From Tubiluchus corallicola (lineage: Eukaryota; Animalia; Priapulida), in contig JAQGDQ010000210.1 in assembly GCA_030141605.1 (NCBI GenBank), positions 320,553 through 384,552 of the forward strand: DNA of 64,000 nt, in the 5' to 3' direction. Within the stretch, counting starts at the first letter, position 1, and the number at the start of each line of letters is the position of its first letter. Shown piece after piece: positions 1 through 12,620 of the stretch. Under the pieces are notes generated by a model that worked only from the letters and a program-made list of their open reading frames with translations, did no database searches and was not told the origin of the DNA. The translations under genes and the position numbers were made by a program.

Positions 1-322
<322 letters not shown>

Positions 323-893
323 TTAATCGTGTTTGCTTCACTGTCATTAGTAATCTTTCAAAGGAATAAAACTTGGAAACCAAATACCTGATGTTACATC
401 GCCAACTTGCTGATTCTAATATGTGCTCACTGATGAGTCACTCGCATTCAAATTTAAGGTAACAGATTTGGCTACCGCTGTGACAGGAATAGGGCACATG
501 TATGTAGTGGTAACCCTTAAACTACTCTGTCTAAAAAGGCTCCTACCAAAAACAGGATTGTACAAGCAAAAGCAAAAAAATTATTCTTGCATTACAAACT
601 GCAAAATTTCTCTTTGAAGTGCACTGAAATTAGGCTAACAAGAAACAATAGTGTTTATTCGACTGGCATGCTGAAATCGTCACCTTGTAGTGGATCCTCT
701 ACGTATAAGGCTACAAAACTAAAATCAAAATAAAATCAGTATTCTTGAAGGCGTGTTCATTTATGTAATGAGGATTGTACTGAGCCATCTATGGGGTTAA
801 CAGATGACATAACCGTCTCTCCTTTCAATGTACTTCCTTTGCCTCATTGAGGAGTAAGACACGGAGATTTCCTCAGCGTATTGTTACACAAAA

Positions 894-977
894 ATGGCTT
901 CTACGGTGTTTCTGTTTTGCGTCTTCTTTGTGAGCTTTTCTGTGTTGATTGAACGAACTACTGGCCAAGATACTCAG
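894..977 (+). CDS. Secreted prepropeptide gene, coding exon 1 (signal peptide MASTVFLFCVFFVSFSVLIERTTGQDTQ)
   Basis: aaaATGG start at 894, 28 codons with a hydrophobic core and TTG-QD cleavage-like site, ending at CAG|GTAAGT (phase 0). Joins in frame to the exon at 4655. Confidence 0.8.
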
Positions 978-1305
978 GTAAGTAATCATCTACATGATTA
1001 CTTTCAACCTAGATGTTTTAAGATTCGTTCAGGTAAGTAATCATCTACATGAGTACTTTCAACCTAGATGTTTTAAGGTTCGTTCAGGTAAGTAATCATC
1101 TACATGAGTACTTTCAACCTAGATGTTTTAAGGTTCGTTCAGGTAAGTAATCATCTACATGAGTACTTTCAACCTAGATGTTTTAAGATTCGTTCTAGTA
1201 AGTAATCATCTACATGATTACTTTCAACCTAAATGTTTTAAGGTTCGTTCAGGTAAGTAATCATCTACATGATTACTTTCAACCTAGATGTTTTAAGATG
1301 CGTTC
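975..1305. repeat. 55-bp tandem repeat (about 6 copies) containing the splice donor CAGGTAAGT
   Basis: Unit caggtaagtaatcatctacatga(t/g)tactttcaacctagatgttttaag(a/g)ttcgtt starts at 975, 1030, 1085, 1140, ~1195 and 1250. Confidence 0.95.
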
Positions 1306-1488
1306 TTGTTTCAAGTGAGTGAACATCAGAACTGCAGGGTATAGCACACAAAGCCTTAACCACCACTGCTTGTGATATCTTAGCTGCATACGTGTTTGAA
1401 ATCCCCAATGCATGTAGTGTTTTAGTTGCATAAGCGTTTCAAACCATTATTGTTTGTGGTTAGCTAATTATGCTTCCACAAATTTCCA

Positions 1489-1701
1489 AGTTTGGTTTTG
1501 ACTCCTGCACTGCTTGTGGTGTACCAGCTACATAAGGGTTTGGTTTTTACTCCTGCATAGCTTGTGGTGTATGAGCTGCATAAGGGTTTGGTTTTTACTC
1601 CTGCACTGCTTGTGGTGTATCAGCTGCATAAGGGTTTGGCTTTTACTCCTGCACTGCTTGTGGTGTATGAGCTGCATAAGGGTTTGGTTTTTACTCCTGC
1701 A
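1489..1701. repeat. 48-bp minisatellite (about 4.4 copies)
   Basis: Unit ggtttggtttttactcctgcactgcttgtggtgtatgagctgcataag; produces the 16-aa periodic ORFs at 1514 and 1528. Confidence 0.93.
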
Positions 1702-2044
1702 AGTAAGCATTGATCATGCACCGATATCCAGTGAATCAAACTTTCTAAATAATAGCCTACATAAACTATTATCACATGAAAGAAGTAAAATAAATGCAAC
1801 TTCAGACAAATAGCTGCGCTGCTATAAGGTTGCTGGCGTTGATATAATTCTTTTTAAATCCTAACACATTATAATAATAATTTCGTTTAGAACATAGTAC
1901 AAGAATAAGACCTTAAAGTAACTCAATACTTATTTCCAAGGTGGTCCCGATTATTATTGCCAGCACATTATTAAGCTAAAAATTAAATTTATTTATTCTG
2001 TTTGAAATCAAATTGGTTTATCTCATTTTTTCAGTGTTATTTAT

Positions 2045-2505
2045 GGTTTAGGCAGTATAAGGATTTAGTATGTTTAATGTGAGCGTAGCTCAACCGTAGC
2101 GTGCTCGCTTACCACCCGTTGAGCGTAAATGGTAGCGTGGTCGCTTACCACCCATTGAGCGTAAATGGTAGCGCGGTCGCTTACCACCCGTTGATCGTAA
2201 ATGGTAGCGTAGTGGCTTACCACCCGTTGAGCGTAAATGGTAGCGTAGTGGCTTACCACCCGTTGAGCGTAAATGGTAGTGTGGTCGCTTACCACCCGTT
2301 GAGCGTAAATGGTAGCGTGGTTGCTTACCACCCGTTGAGCGTAAATGGTAGCGTGCTCGCTTACCACCCGTTGAGCGTAAATGGTAGCGCGGTCGCTTAC
2401 CACCCGTTGATCGTAAATGGTAGCGTGGTGGCTTACCACCCGAGAAGTCGCTACCATTGAGCTATGCTCACATTAAACATACTAGGTCCTTATACTGCCT
2501 AAACC
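2045..2505. mobile_element. MITE-like element: ~49-bp terminal inverted repeats enclosing a 36-bp tandem array (about 9.5 copies)
   Basis: 2045-2093 ggtttaggcagtataaggatttagtatgtttaatgtgagcgtagctcaa is the near-perfect reverse complement of 2457-2505. Internal unit gtagcgtggtcgcttaccacccgttgagcgtaaatg. No clear TSD. Confidence 0.8.
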
Positions 2506-3443
2506 GTCAACTGTCACGTTTTCTCCAATGAAATAACGTTTTATAAGGTCTAACTATAAATTATTAATCTAAATGCAAACGTCCTTGGAAAGACACGAGA
2601 ATTAAATATTGGAACGTGGCGAAGATAGGCCTACTTCTCCTGGCTCAGAGGATTTGTTTCGCTAATCAATAAATAATAGTAACATCCAATCTGCTATCTT
2701 ATTTAAAGAAGCCAATGAGAAGTTTTGTTACTACTGATAAATTATTTCTAATCTCAAGAAGCAAACATATTAGTTACAGTGTGATCAAAACGTTTTATAC
2801 AGGCTCCACGTGATTTCAGCAAAAAAACGCAGTTCAATATAATTGGATTTACAATAAACAATTGGATTGTTTATCATCATAGAAGCAAGCGGTACTGTGA
2901 TTAGTATAGTCAGGTATTATGTGGGGCGGTATTTGGGTGTGACCCCTTTTTTGCCTTGCTATATTGAATGTATTGTCATTTTAATAAATGACATTTTATC
3001 AACTAATTTCATTCTTTGTGGTTTTGCAAAAAAACTAGCTGGGTTCGGTCAGTTTTACGTTCAGGTCAGTTTTATGGACATTAGCTTACAAAAAAGACAT
3101 GTCGATCAGTCTACATTGCGCTACATAAACAGACTGAATTACTCCGATCACACATCTGCAGACTAAATAACTGAAGAGACTGAAACCACTTAAGTGTTCC
3201 AAATAGGTAAGATACTCTAATGGGAATAAGCTCATTATTTGCTGCAGGTAATGGTTGATACTCTTCCAATCGAAGTAATGGGCACTAAGTAGCTTTTCGT
3301 TTGTAGGACGTGTAAATAGAAAGATGAGCTTGTTAGCTTATTATTACTAAACGATAAGAGCATGAAGCTTTTCAATTACATATTACGGTTTTCTCTAACA
3401 GCTGTTGTGTGCTACTTGTAAAATGATTCAGCGTCCCTGGCAA

Positions 3444-3900
3444 CAGAGCTGTAGAGTCGGCAGTAATTTACTGCTAAAGGAGTTGGCGTCGGAGTTGTTA
3501 AAACTTAGGGTTTTGGAGTTGGAGTCGGCAGTAAATTTACTGCTAAAGGAGTCGGCGTCTGAGTTGTTGAAACTTGGGGTTTTGGAGTCGGGGACTCGGG
3601 AGTACACTTATTGTTAGAGGAGTCGATGTTAAAATAAAATATAGTAAACTCAAACTCCAGTTACTTTTAAGTTTTAATGCATTTTTGCATAACGTCCCAT
3701 TTTGGGACTCTTTCGAATTGGTGTCTGTGCAGCTCGACTGTTTTTCGAGCATAAGAAGTAGTGATGAAATGCCACTGCAGCTAAACATTGACATTACTAT
3801 AAACTATTATTTAAAGGCAGGGGGGTTGGGGCTCCTAAAATTTTAGGAGCCGGAGTCGGTGCCAGAGTCTGGAGTTTAATGTACCGGCTCCACAGCCTTG
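3444..3900. mobile_element. Non-autonomous hAT-type DNA transposon
   Basis: Imperfect TIRs CAGAGCTGTAGAGTCGG / CCGGCTCCACAGCCTTG, subterminal GGAGTCGG repeats, and 8-bp TSD cctggcaa (3436-3443) / cctggcag (3901-3908). Confidence 0.85.
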
Positions 3901-4654
3901 CCTGGCAGAAAAGAAATGCAATAGTAAAGAACTCCCATGTACATCGTCATGCAGACCCACAGTAGAGAATATTAAACAAATGTGAAAAAATACATACGAG
4001 GCAACTGAGGATTAGTAATTGTAGAGAAAGTGCAGCAGATCAAAAATAATTTATTGTGATTTCACAATTTCACTCGAAATAAAATAATAAGTTGCAAAAC
4101 AGTTAAAGATAAAAGTAACTTCATTCCATTTTACAGGTATAAATTAAACAGGCTAGCTTTAAGCTTAGCAAGCCTTTTACATGTATATCACGCATTATTA
4201 AAGAGTGGTCTCATTTAATCAGTGGCTGCATGGAGAGTCAAATATAGACGTTTTCAGTAACCGGAAATTTATTTCTCCTTCAGATCTTATCCCTCTTTCT
4301 CCTCATCCGCTCCATTTATTTCCGATCTTTGTCCAAAAGTTAATTTTTTTCAATTCGCTACCTCCCAAGAGATTGTTGCAAAGAATATTATGCTTCCATC
4401 ACCGTTTACGTTACAGAAAGAGTCTTCACGCTCAAAGACAACCGATTTTCACGAAATTTGTGGAAGGAAGGATCATAGGACAGGAAAGAACTCATTAAAA
4501 TTCATGGTTCTGATGCGGATAATAAATTATATGTGTTATGAGATTCCTCCCTTCGTGCACTAGTATGGTATTCAGGCTTTTGGGGATTGTATAGTATTCC
4601 TTAATTAATTTTGGGGCTGGTAGATGCAATTAAATTAGTTTTTGTTAATTTTAG

Positions 4655-5575
4655 GATGGAGAAGCAGAGAATAATTATTTAACGACTTTCACGACAGAAG
4701 AAACAGCGTCTGGAAATGAAAATGCAACTGAAGAGTTAGTAGTGCAAGAGTTGCCCATTTCGCGACGGAAACGAAACTGCATTGCTTCAGACGGAGATCC
4801 AAGCTGCGCAAACAGAAGGAAAAGAAGAGCAGCCAGACGAACAAGAAGAGAAGATGGAGAAGCAGAGAATAATTATACAACGACTTTCACGACAGAAGAA
4901 ACAGTGTCTGGAAATGAAAATGCAACTGAAGAGTTAGTAGTGCAAGAGGTGCCCATTTCCCGACGGAAACGAAACTGCATTGCTTCAGACGGAGATCCAA
5001 GCTGCGCAAGCAGAAGAAAAAGAAGAGCAGCCAGACGAACAAGAAGAGAAGCTGATGAACAGGCAAACCCACAGCAGGGTCCAGCACCACAAGCTGCAGG
5101 TGGTCAACAGCAAGCTGCTGCAGCACAGCAAGCAGCAGCCATTGCACAAAGTGTCCAAGAAGCGGTCAAGCAGGAGACAAATGTTCTGGAAGCTGTTCAG
5201 GCAGCTGTTGTTGAGCAAATTATCAACGCGGTACAGAGCGGAGAAGCGGCAATTCTGCAACAATCTGGCGATGCCGTCGCGGCGGTGAAAGCGGAAAGCG
5301 AAGCAGACAAAGCCGGTTTGTTATCAAGCGAACGTCAGGCTATGGGACACATCTCCGAGCAGGCCCAAGCTGCTGCTGGTAGCATCGAGGAAGCAGAGGT
5401 TGAAGCTGAGGGCGCGATCAGAGCTCAAGGCGAAGAAGCTAAAGATGAAGTAAAGATGGAAGCCGATGTAGAGAAAGGCAATATTATGGCCATGGAAAAG
5501 AAAGCTGAAAATCTCATCAAGGAAGAAGAACGAAACCTGGAAAGAGCAGCAAAGAAAGCTGTTAATGCTCCATAA
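4655..5575 (+). CDS. Secreted prepropeptide gene, coding exon 2: two acidic-spacer/RRKR/Cys-loop peptide modules plus Ala/Glu/Gln-rich helical tail
   Basis: Acceptor tttttgttaattttag|GAT at 4655, in frame with track ORF 4742..5575. 306 codons to TAA, GC-richer than flanks, AATAAA at 5665 and 5711. Joined protein is 334 aa. Confidence 0.88.
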   Translation, partial: DGEAENNYLTTFTTEETASGNENATEELVVQELPISRRKRNCIASDGDPSCANRRKRRAARRTRREDGEAENNYTTTFTTEETVSGNENATEELVVQEVPISRRKRNCIASDGDPSCASRRKRRAARRTRREADEQANPQQGPAPQAAGGQQQAAAAQQAAAIAQSVQEAVKQETNVLEAVQAAVVEQIINAVQSGEAAILQQSGDAVAAVKAESEADKAGLLSSERQAMGHISEQAQAAAGSIEEAEVEAEGAIRAQGEEAKDEVKMEADVEKGNIMAMEKKAENLIKEEERNLERAAKKAVNAP

Positions 5576-6195
5576 GGTTCTCATATGTCGCTTGGTCATT
5601 ATCTCATTAAGCATGATATTATAAATACGAGGGTCATTATGGTTCAAATACTACAATTGTAGTAAATAAATAATAATAATAATTTGTAAGGTAAATAACT
5701 TGGTAACGTTAATAAAAGCGTGGATGAGCATTCAAACTTTAACATGCATTGGTAGGCGATATTTCTTTAACCGTTACTGTGGTTTAATAGTTAACTAAAC
5801 CAATTCTGAGGCAAGTCCTCATTTAAAACTCACATCACCAAATTGCAGAATTTCTAAATGTCATGAAAGTTCTACAGCGCATTGATTCACTCATAGTGCC
5901 ACTCTAACAGAAGTTTATTAAAAATTTCTATGCAGTGGCTACAAAAATTATACACATGTAGACAGACGTAGCAAAGACCTAATTTCGAAATTATTAATTA
6001 ATGGTGTATTCATTATATAGATATTTATAAAAGTAGGTTGTCATGGAAAGCCAATATCACTCAGGATGAGTTTGACAACATCAAATCAATGTGAACAGCT
6101 GGAAACTCCCCAGTCTGAGTATACCCGTCAACTTTTTTTGAATAATATAATTCCTTTTCTTTCTTCCTCTCGACTGTAGTGAAATAGTTAAAATA

Positions 6196-6230
<35 letters not shown>

Positions 6231-6934
6231 ATCTAAATTTCCGTAGCAAAATGGACAACAAGTGCAGTAGCTAACTTTTAGCACTAAAGACTTACTTCTT
6301 GAGCAGTAGGCTTACTTAAACTCCCCATGTGACTATTATAATAGACACTCAGATTTGGATCCGACAGCTTTATTTTTCATGAGATGCTTTATCATATTTT
6401 ATACTATTTTAGTAAACTCCGCACAGAAAATTCTCTACATTTGTCTTAATATCAGAATAAAGTTTGAGTTTGTCTTGAAATATTTTATAACGTGACAATT
6501 TGCGCTAACCGTACAAATAAAAGATTTAAAACAACATCGTATGAGTTTAGTTTGTTACATTGGAGGTACGTGCTTCAACGTGAAATCACTGAGAGACATA
6601 ACATATTATGCTCTCTTCACGTTTTGAACAATACGTTGTGTGCAGTACGAATATAGAAAACATAACAGTTGTTCCATATAGTTGTTTAGTAAAACTTACA
6701 GTGTGACGTTCTTATTCGTGAGGCTGTTTGTTTCTGATTCAGGTGCTTATTTACACACAAAATGGATCTTTCATTCTTGGCTGCCATTTAGATATTTAAA
6801 AGCATTACTGTGCTCAAAATACCAGTGTAGTTAGCTAATTTTTACAGATTGCACAGAGCTCTTTCACAAAAATCCGTTACAGTGTATTTTTCCAAAACCT
6901 TCTTCTGAATATTGCTTGCAATATTAACCCTTAA

Positions 6935-7525
6935 AGGAAGACAGGATGATTTTTCATGTCCGATAAAAAGTATACATTTTAACACGATTAATACTACAAA
7001 AGCGTTTCTGATAATTAAATAATAGATTAAAAGCTTAATTAACAGCGGGCGAGCCCAACTATTGATGACATCACAAATTAACATAATTTTCAACCACAAA
7101 GTTGTTTCACGGGCGTGTTGCACGTGTTTGCGAAAACGAAAATTGAAGTACAGTACTACAGTAAGATATCTACTGTGTTGTACTAAAACTAGACAAGTTT
7201 TAAGATAAGAATTCATTTTATAAATTACCGCTGTGCTCACGCATGAGCTGTCGAACGTGTGTAGCTCGTCACAAACTAACACATCTGAATTGAGACGTAC
7301 AGCACCTGTTTCTGTGCAATGCTTTCCGAAATGCAGGCGCTAGTGCCCGTCTAACCAGCGAATGGTAAAATGCATGTAACAGCGAAGAACTAGTGGCACG
7401 AATGAGAAATTGTTTGGTAATAATTCTTTCACGTCAGTCATTTTTGGAAAAATAGCATTTTTCTTTCAATATTTTAAAGAATAGATTGTTTTGACCTGCA
7501 GTTTAATATTGGGACCGGTTTTGCT
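6935..7525. mobile_element. Kolobok-like non-autonomous element, family A, full-length copy
   Basis: TTAA|AGGAAGACAGG ... CCGGTTTTGCT|TTAA ends. Related copies at 17926, 24524 and 61417. Confidence 0.8.
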
Positions 7526-7766
7526 TTAAAGGTTGACATCCCGTGACAGAATGTCGGAGTTTGTTCATCATGCTCACAGTCGTTATCATATGAGGACATT
7601 TTCTTATATTGATGCTATTCTTTCACATGTGTAGTTGTACGATTATGTGTCATTGTGTTTTTTTATTTATATCAATTATCTTTACTTGTTATTCTTGCTT
7701 ATTATCTTTAAATGCGAAGAAAATCTCACATTCTTACAGTTAACGTTATCCTTTAAATACAAGTTG

Positions 7767-8181
7767 GTTGGCATCCTTCTGTCTCGGAAGACAATGAAGT
7801 GTGCGCCAAGAGAGTCAGTTATTGATCACATTAATGGAGCTGCTGCGTCGACTGTGGCTGAGCAGTGCGATCCTTGAACGTCTCCAGGGCGCACGCCTGG
7901 GCAAGGTGTATGGAGGTCCTGAGTTGACCAGACAACAGGAACCCCCTCTCTTCCTCCCTGGTGTAGTCCAAAGGAAAGTGGAGCGATACGTTTGGCACCA
8001 GGTTGGCTACAGGAGCTGCCAGAGTCAGTGAGCACGCTGCACTGGTCCGCCTTCGGGGCTCCACTCCTGATTTGGAAGGTTTACTCCTCTATACATGGCC
8101 GTTGGGTCACTTGACCTCCGCCCTCTAGCCGTTGGCTGCCTGTGCAGCTCCTCCGCCTAGTGTCGAGATACAGTGTGGGCA
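7767..8181 (-). mobile_element. SINE body lacking the 5S head (same family as 20996-21450)
   Basis: Colinear high similarity with 20996-21324; stops about 6 bp short of the 5S junction. Confidence 0.85.
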
Positions 8182-9234
8182 CAGTGATATAAGTAATCAT
8201 AATTAAAGTATTATTAATTTTCGCAGGAATGAATCATGAACTTGTTACAACGTGAATCCAAATGTGGCCAGAAAAAGCAGCGATCGTTGAATGACAAGCA
8301 TAATGTCTTAACCTATTCTACAAAATTTGTTCAAAATCATTTAAATTTTTGTATTTGTCCTTGCAAGGAATTTATGTTGATTATCAACGTGTTTGTACTA
8401 TAGTTTGTCAACTGAATGTTCATGGACATGCGAGACATTGTTTCAAAAATTAACAGATGCCCTCATTTAGATTCTTTTGATACTTGAACATAGGCTGTCA
8501 TTGCTGCACCCAAACAATAAATTATATTTGCTAGTTCCACGTACTCATACACATTTTAATTATTTGAGCGACTGTAACTGGTTGTTCGTTACGTGAACTG
8601 ACACAGAGGCGCCTCCGTTTTACTGCCCCCATTTGAACGAGAAAGTTGTCCGTATTCTGACGAAGTTTAGTTACAACTGAGCAGGTGATTGCAGGTGTTA
8701 TTCGCGCAGGGCGAGATGGCAATATCGCTTACTGCACTGTATGCATGATTCTGGCTTCTCTAGAAAGAGTGTCTATAGATTCTCGCCCTCCTTACTGTTC
8801 CTTTCATCCATCTACTTCATCCCTCCTTCACTTTGTCACCACTGTCATAATGTTCTCTGTTTCTCAATAACTTTACTTTTAATCAAGTAAAATAACTTCG
8901 TATATAAAGCATCCGCCAGACGTGAAGTACATGTATTTAAAATGAAACATATTTCTACATTAGGCAAACGCTTATGATTACTAGTGAATTATTTTTTTAT
9001 ATTTTAATGCCGACATCAATTGCTCAAGTTATGCCCGATAATGAGGGCAAAACTTTCTGTCGACAGATGAACAATCTTTCTGGTTACGTTTTTGTACGCA
9101 AGTTCTTAGTATAGATTTCGGCTTGTGAGCCTCTTATAAATCACTTACCACTTAGGAATTAACAGTACCGCCTGACTAGAGTTAAAGCATTCTCAAATAA
9201 ATTTTAGTTTGTAAACACTTAATATATATATATA

Positions 9235-9257
9235 GCTTGCCTGCCTGCCTGCCTGCC

Positions 9258-9337
<80 letters not shown>

Positions 9338-9370
9338 GGTCGGTCGGTCGGTGAGTCAGTCAGTCAGTCA
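9235..9370. repeat. Compound tetranucleotide microsatellite (GCCT/GTCT/GTCG/GTCA)
   Basis: Directly visible. Confidence 0.95.
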
Positions 9371-11966
9371 GGCAAACAGGCAATTAGTCAGTTTCTTAAT
9401 CAGTAAGTCAGTCAGTCACCTAACCATCATAATCGATTACCATCTGACAGGTTGGCTGGCTAGCCATCGGATGGAATTCACATGGCTGACTAGCTGCCAG
9501 ACTGGCTGATAGACGATCTCAGGCTACGCAGTTCGATTCCCGTTGCATTTAGTGACGTACAGGCCTATATATTTGACGCTAAACTACTAGTATGTCTTTT
9601 CACAATAAATTTATTAAAACTTTCATATGTGCATACGTACATATATAATATTTTTATATTCTATAATAGTACATTAAATTAACAACGTGCTAACCGTAAG
9701 TCATGGGATTTACAATCTGAACGCTCACCAGCTACGTGGTAAATTTCATCCTTCTATATATTGAATAATAACTAGCGTAATAGTTTTTGTATAATCATTA
9801 ATGCCAAAATTCGCTTAGGGTTTCTCGGACAAAAAACGAATATTAAATCGTCTACAAAAAGCCTTTCTATTAGACTAAGAGCCTAATGGCAACCCGTAGA
9901 GAAATGCTACTGTTAATTACTTCCATTCATAAAAAATTGCTCTCGCTGATATTTTTGGATTTCTCACCTTCTACTGAACCCAATGTCATTGATGTTTTCC
10001 ATGCCGAACTTCGTTCGATTGAATAACTTTTTAGGTCATCTCAAAGATCACTGTTCAAGGTCAAGTTCAGCTCAAAATTGCTGTCATGTGTGTCTTCTAA
10101 ATGTCGACTCATTAGAAATCGATGGTCTTTCCCTGTCTATGTTTGTGGGCGTAAGTAAGGCCCCCTAGCCCCTTCACGTTCATACCAGAGATCGGCAGCA
10201 ATTTGTTTCTTTGAAGTAGTGTCTTTGAGCTGCTAAATGAGCATGTCAATCCCTTTGCTTCTCTTCATACGATTAAACGTTCCCGGCTCCTGGACTATAT
10301 TGCGTTACATATAAGAACGTGTCTAACATTGGTCATAATGTTTGCGTAATAGTACATAATTCCGTCAACTGAAATCACTGAAATCCTGGGCTTATAGTTA
10401 AAGATTATAAGCTATGACGCAGATTTGGCTAATATATTCCTTTCATCCTTATTATCTAAGCTCTCCATGGTTATTATCAGGTATTGTTATACTAGAGTGC
10501 ATTTACTTAGAAATGCCAGAAATTTCATTCTCGCTTGTTTTTTGAAGCAATAACAATATGATGGACTAATCTGTTACATTATGCAACAGATGGGAAAGAC
10601 AGCATAAACCGTTATGTTCGTCCTCTTATAAAACAGGTCAAGAGTTCGAATCATTCACAGATTATGTCCAACGCATGAAAATGCAAAATAAAACACTTAG
10701 CATTCAAAATTAATACTGCGTTTGCATGAGAACAGAAAAATTGCAGCTACCTCTTTGGCATATTGCTAAAGTAAAGCGTCTATGTTTTATATAATATAAA
10801 ACGCTTTTAGTACGTTAGTGTACAATCAGGGAAAGGTAAATTATATTAACATAATTAAAGATAGGTGAAATATCTGTCGGCTGTAACTATAATTAGAACT
10901 ATGTAGTTACTCAAATTATAAATACATGTTTATAAAACGAAATCATAATTACAATACTATGACTAATGGAATGTAAGCAATTACATCACTGACTTTATAG
11001 TTCGACACAAAAGTAACTCAAAATCCTGCACTCAAAAATCCTAAACTACTATTGATGAATAGTTAAAAGGACGAATGAGTGACTCTAATTAACTCGCAGG
11101 TCCTCTAAGATGAGAGGGCTAAACTGTATCAGAGGTGACTTAAGCAGGCTCGGATGTGCGAACTTCCTCTCCTAACAACAGCAACAGACAGCGATAAGTG
11201 ATCAGTGGTACCTATCCTTTTTATTCAAGCTCGGCGCAGCGTATCTATTGTAACCAGCACCTCGCCATTACCAGTCAGCTGCTGGGAATATGTCATTTGA
11301 CGATACAACATAAAACTCGTCTAAGCAAAGCAATTTTCCATTTTACTTGCACGTTTCTCTCCCTAAGTCCTCATCAGAAAAATGTAACGCAGAATAACGC
11401 ATATTTCTTACTCACAGAACATACCCCGCGATTACTCTATGCTCGCAATGGTACCGAGTTTATAAAAAATTAACAGAATGAAAAACATACTGAAATTACC
11501 ACATAATTATTCCAGTTTGAGTCATGAACTTACATTTCTGCAACAGCTGTGATGCCATTTTTTACATTGGCTGATATCATCTCATGAACTAACATTGGAA
11601 ATAAAAATAATAAAATGACGAAACAATAACATGTCCACCTTGTTTTTAGTTGGATGTTCGTCACATAATGAATTTACATTACTTATTTTGTTTGCGCGAT
11701 AAAATAGGTAAAATGTAACGTAAACAAGCAAACAAATCAGATATTATAGATTTGCAAAATAACCATTAGCGTTTTATTGAAAGCCTGGCAATTTATTTTG
11801 TTACTATATTCGTGAGTCAAGTTATTCAATAACAATGTATATGTGCTAAATTTCTAAAATTTTGGCACGTTGAATACTTTTCACACCGGTAAATCTTCAG
11901 AAACATCTCTTGACCAGTGGCAGTTGGTCAAGTAAAATTCTGTTCTCTGTTCTCTTCTCTGTTTGA

Positions 11967-12070
11967 CTAGACGGTAGCAAGAGTTGTGGGAGCAACTGTT
12001 GTAGGTTTAGCGCAGTAATTTAATATCTCATCAAAAGTGCAGATTTTGTAACAGCATTCGTCGACTATAC
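11967..12070 (-). CDS. ILP: Insulin/IGF-like peptide, last coding exon: A chain plus D-like extension (GIVDECCYKICTFDEILNYCAKPTTVAPTTLATV*)
   Basis: Acceptor catttcag| before 12070, phase 1. Canonical A-chain CC-x3-C-x8-C with GIVDECC start. TAG at 11969-11967; minus-strand AATAAA at 11797-11792 and 11778-11773. Confidence 0.95.
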
Positions 12071-12109
12071 CTGAAATGGTTAAGAAAACTTTTAAAAAAC
12101 GTTTAGAAG

Positions 12110-12620
<511 letters not shown>

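Noticed and set aside
2095-2445. CRISPR-like array (36-bp periodicity)
   Set aside because: Head-to-tail repeats with no unique spacers, no cas genes, eukaryotic context.
6842-7282. Similar ORFs at 6842, 18016 and 24473 suggesting a gene family
   Set aside because: They are translations of copies of one non-coding TIR element.
10035-10150. Exon-like + strand segment (ttttag|…GGC|gtaagt) encoding …QNCCHVC…
   Set aside because: Cys spacing does not fit an insulin A chain and no partner exons were found; probably chance splice signals.
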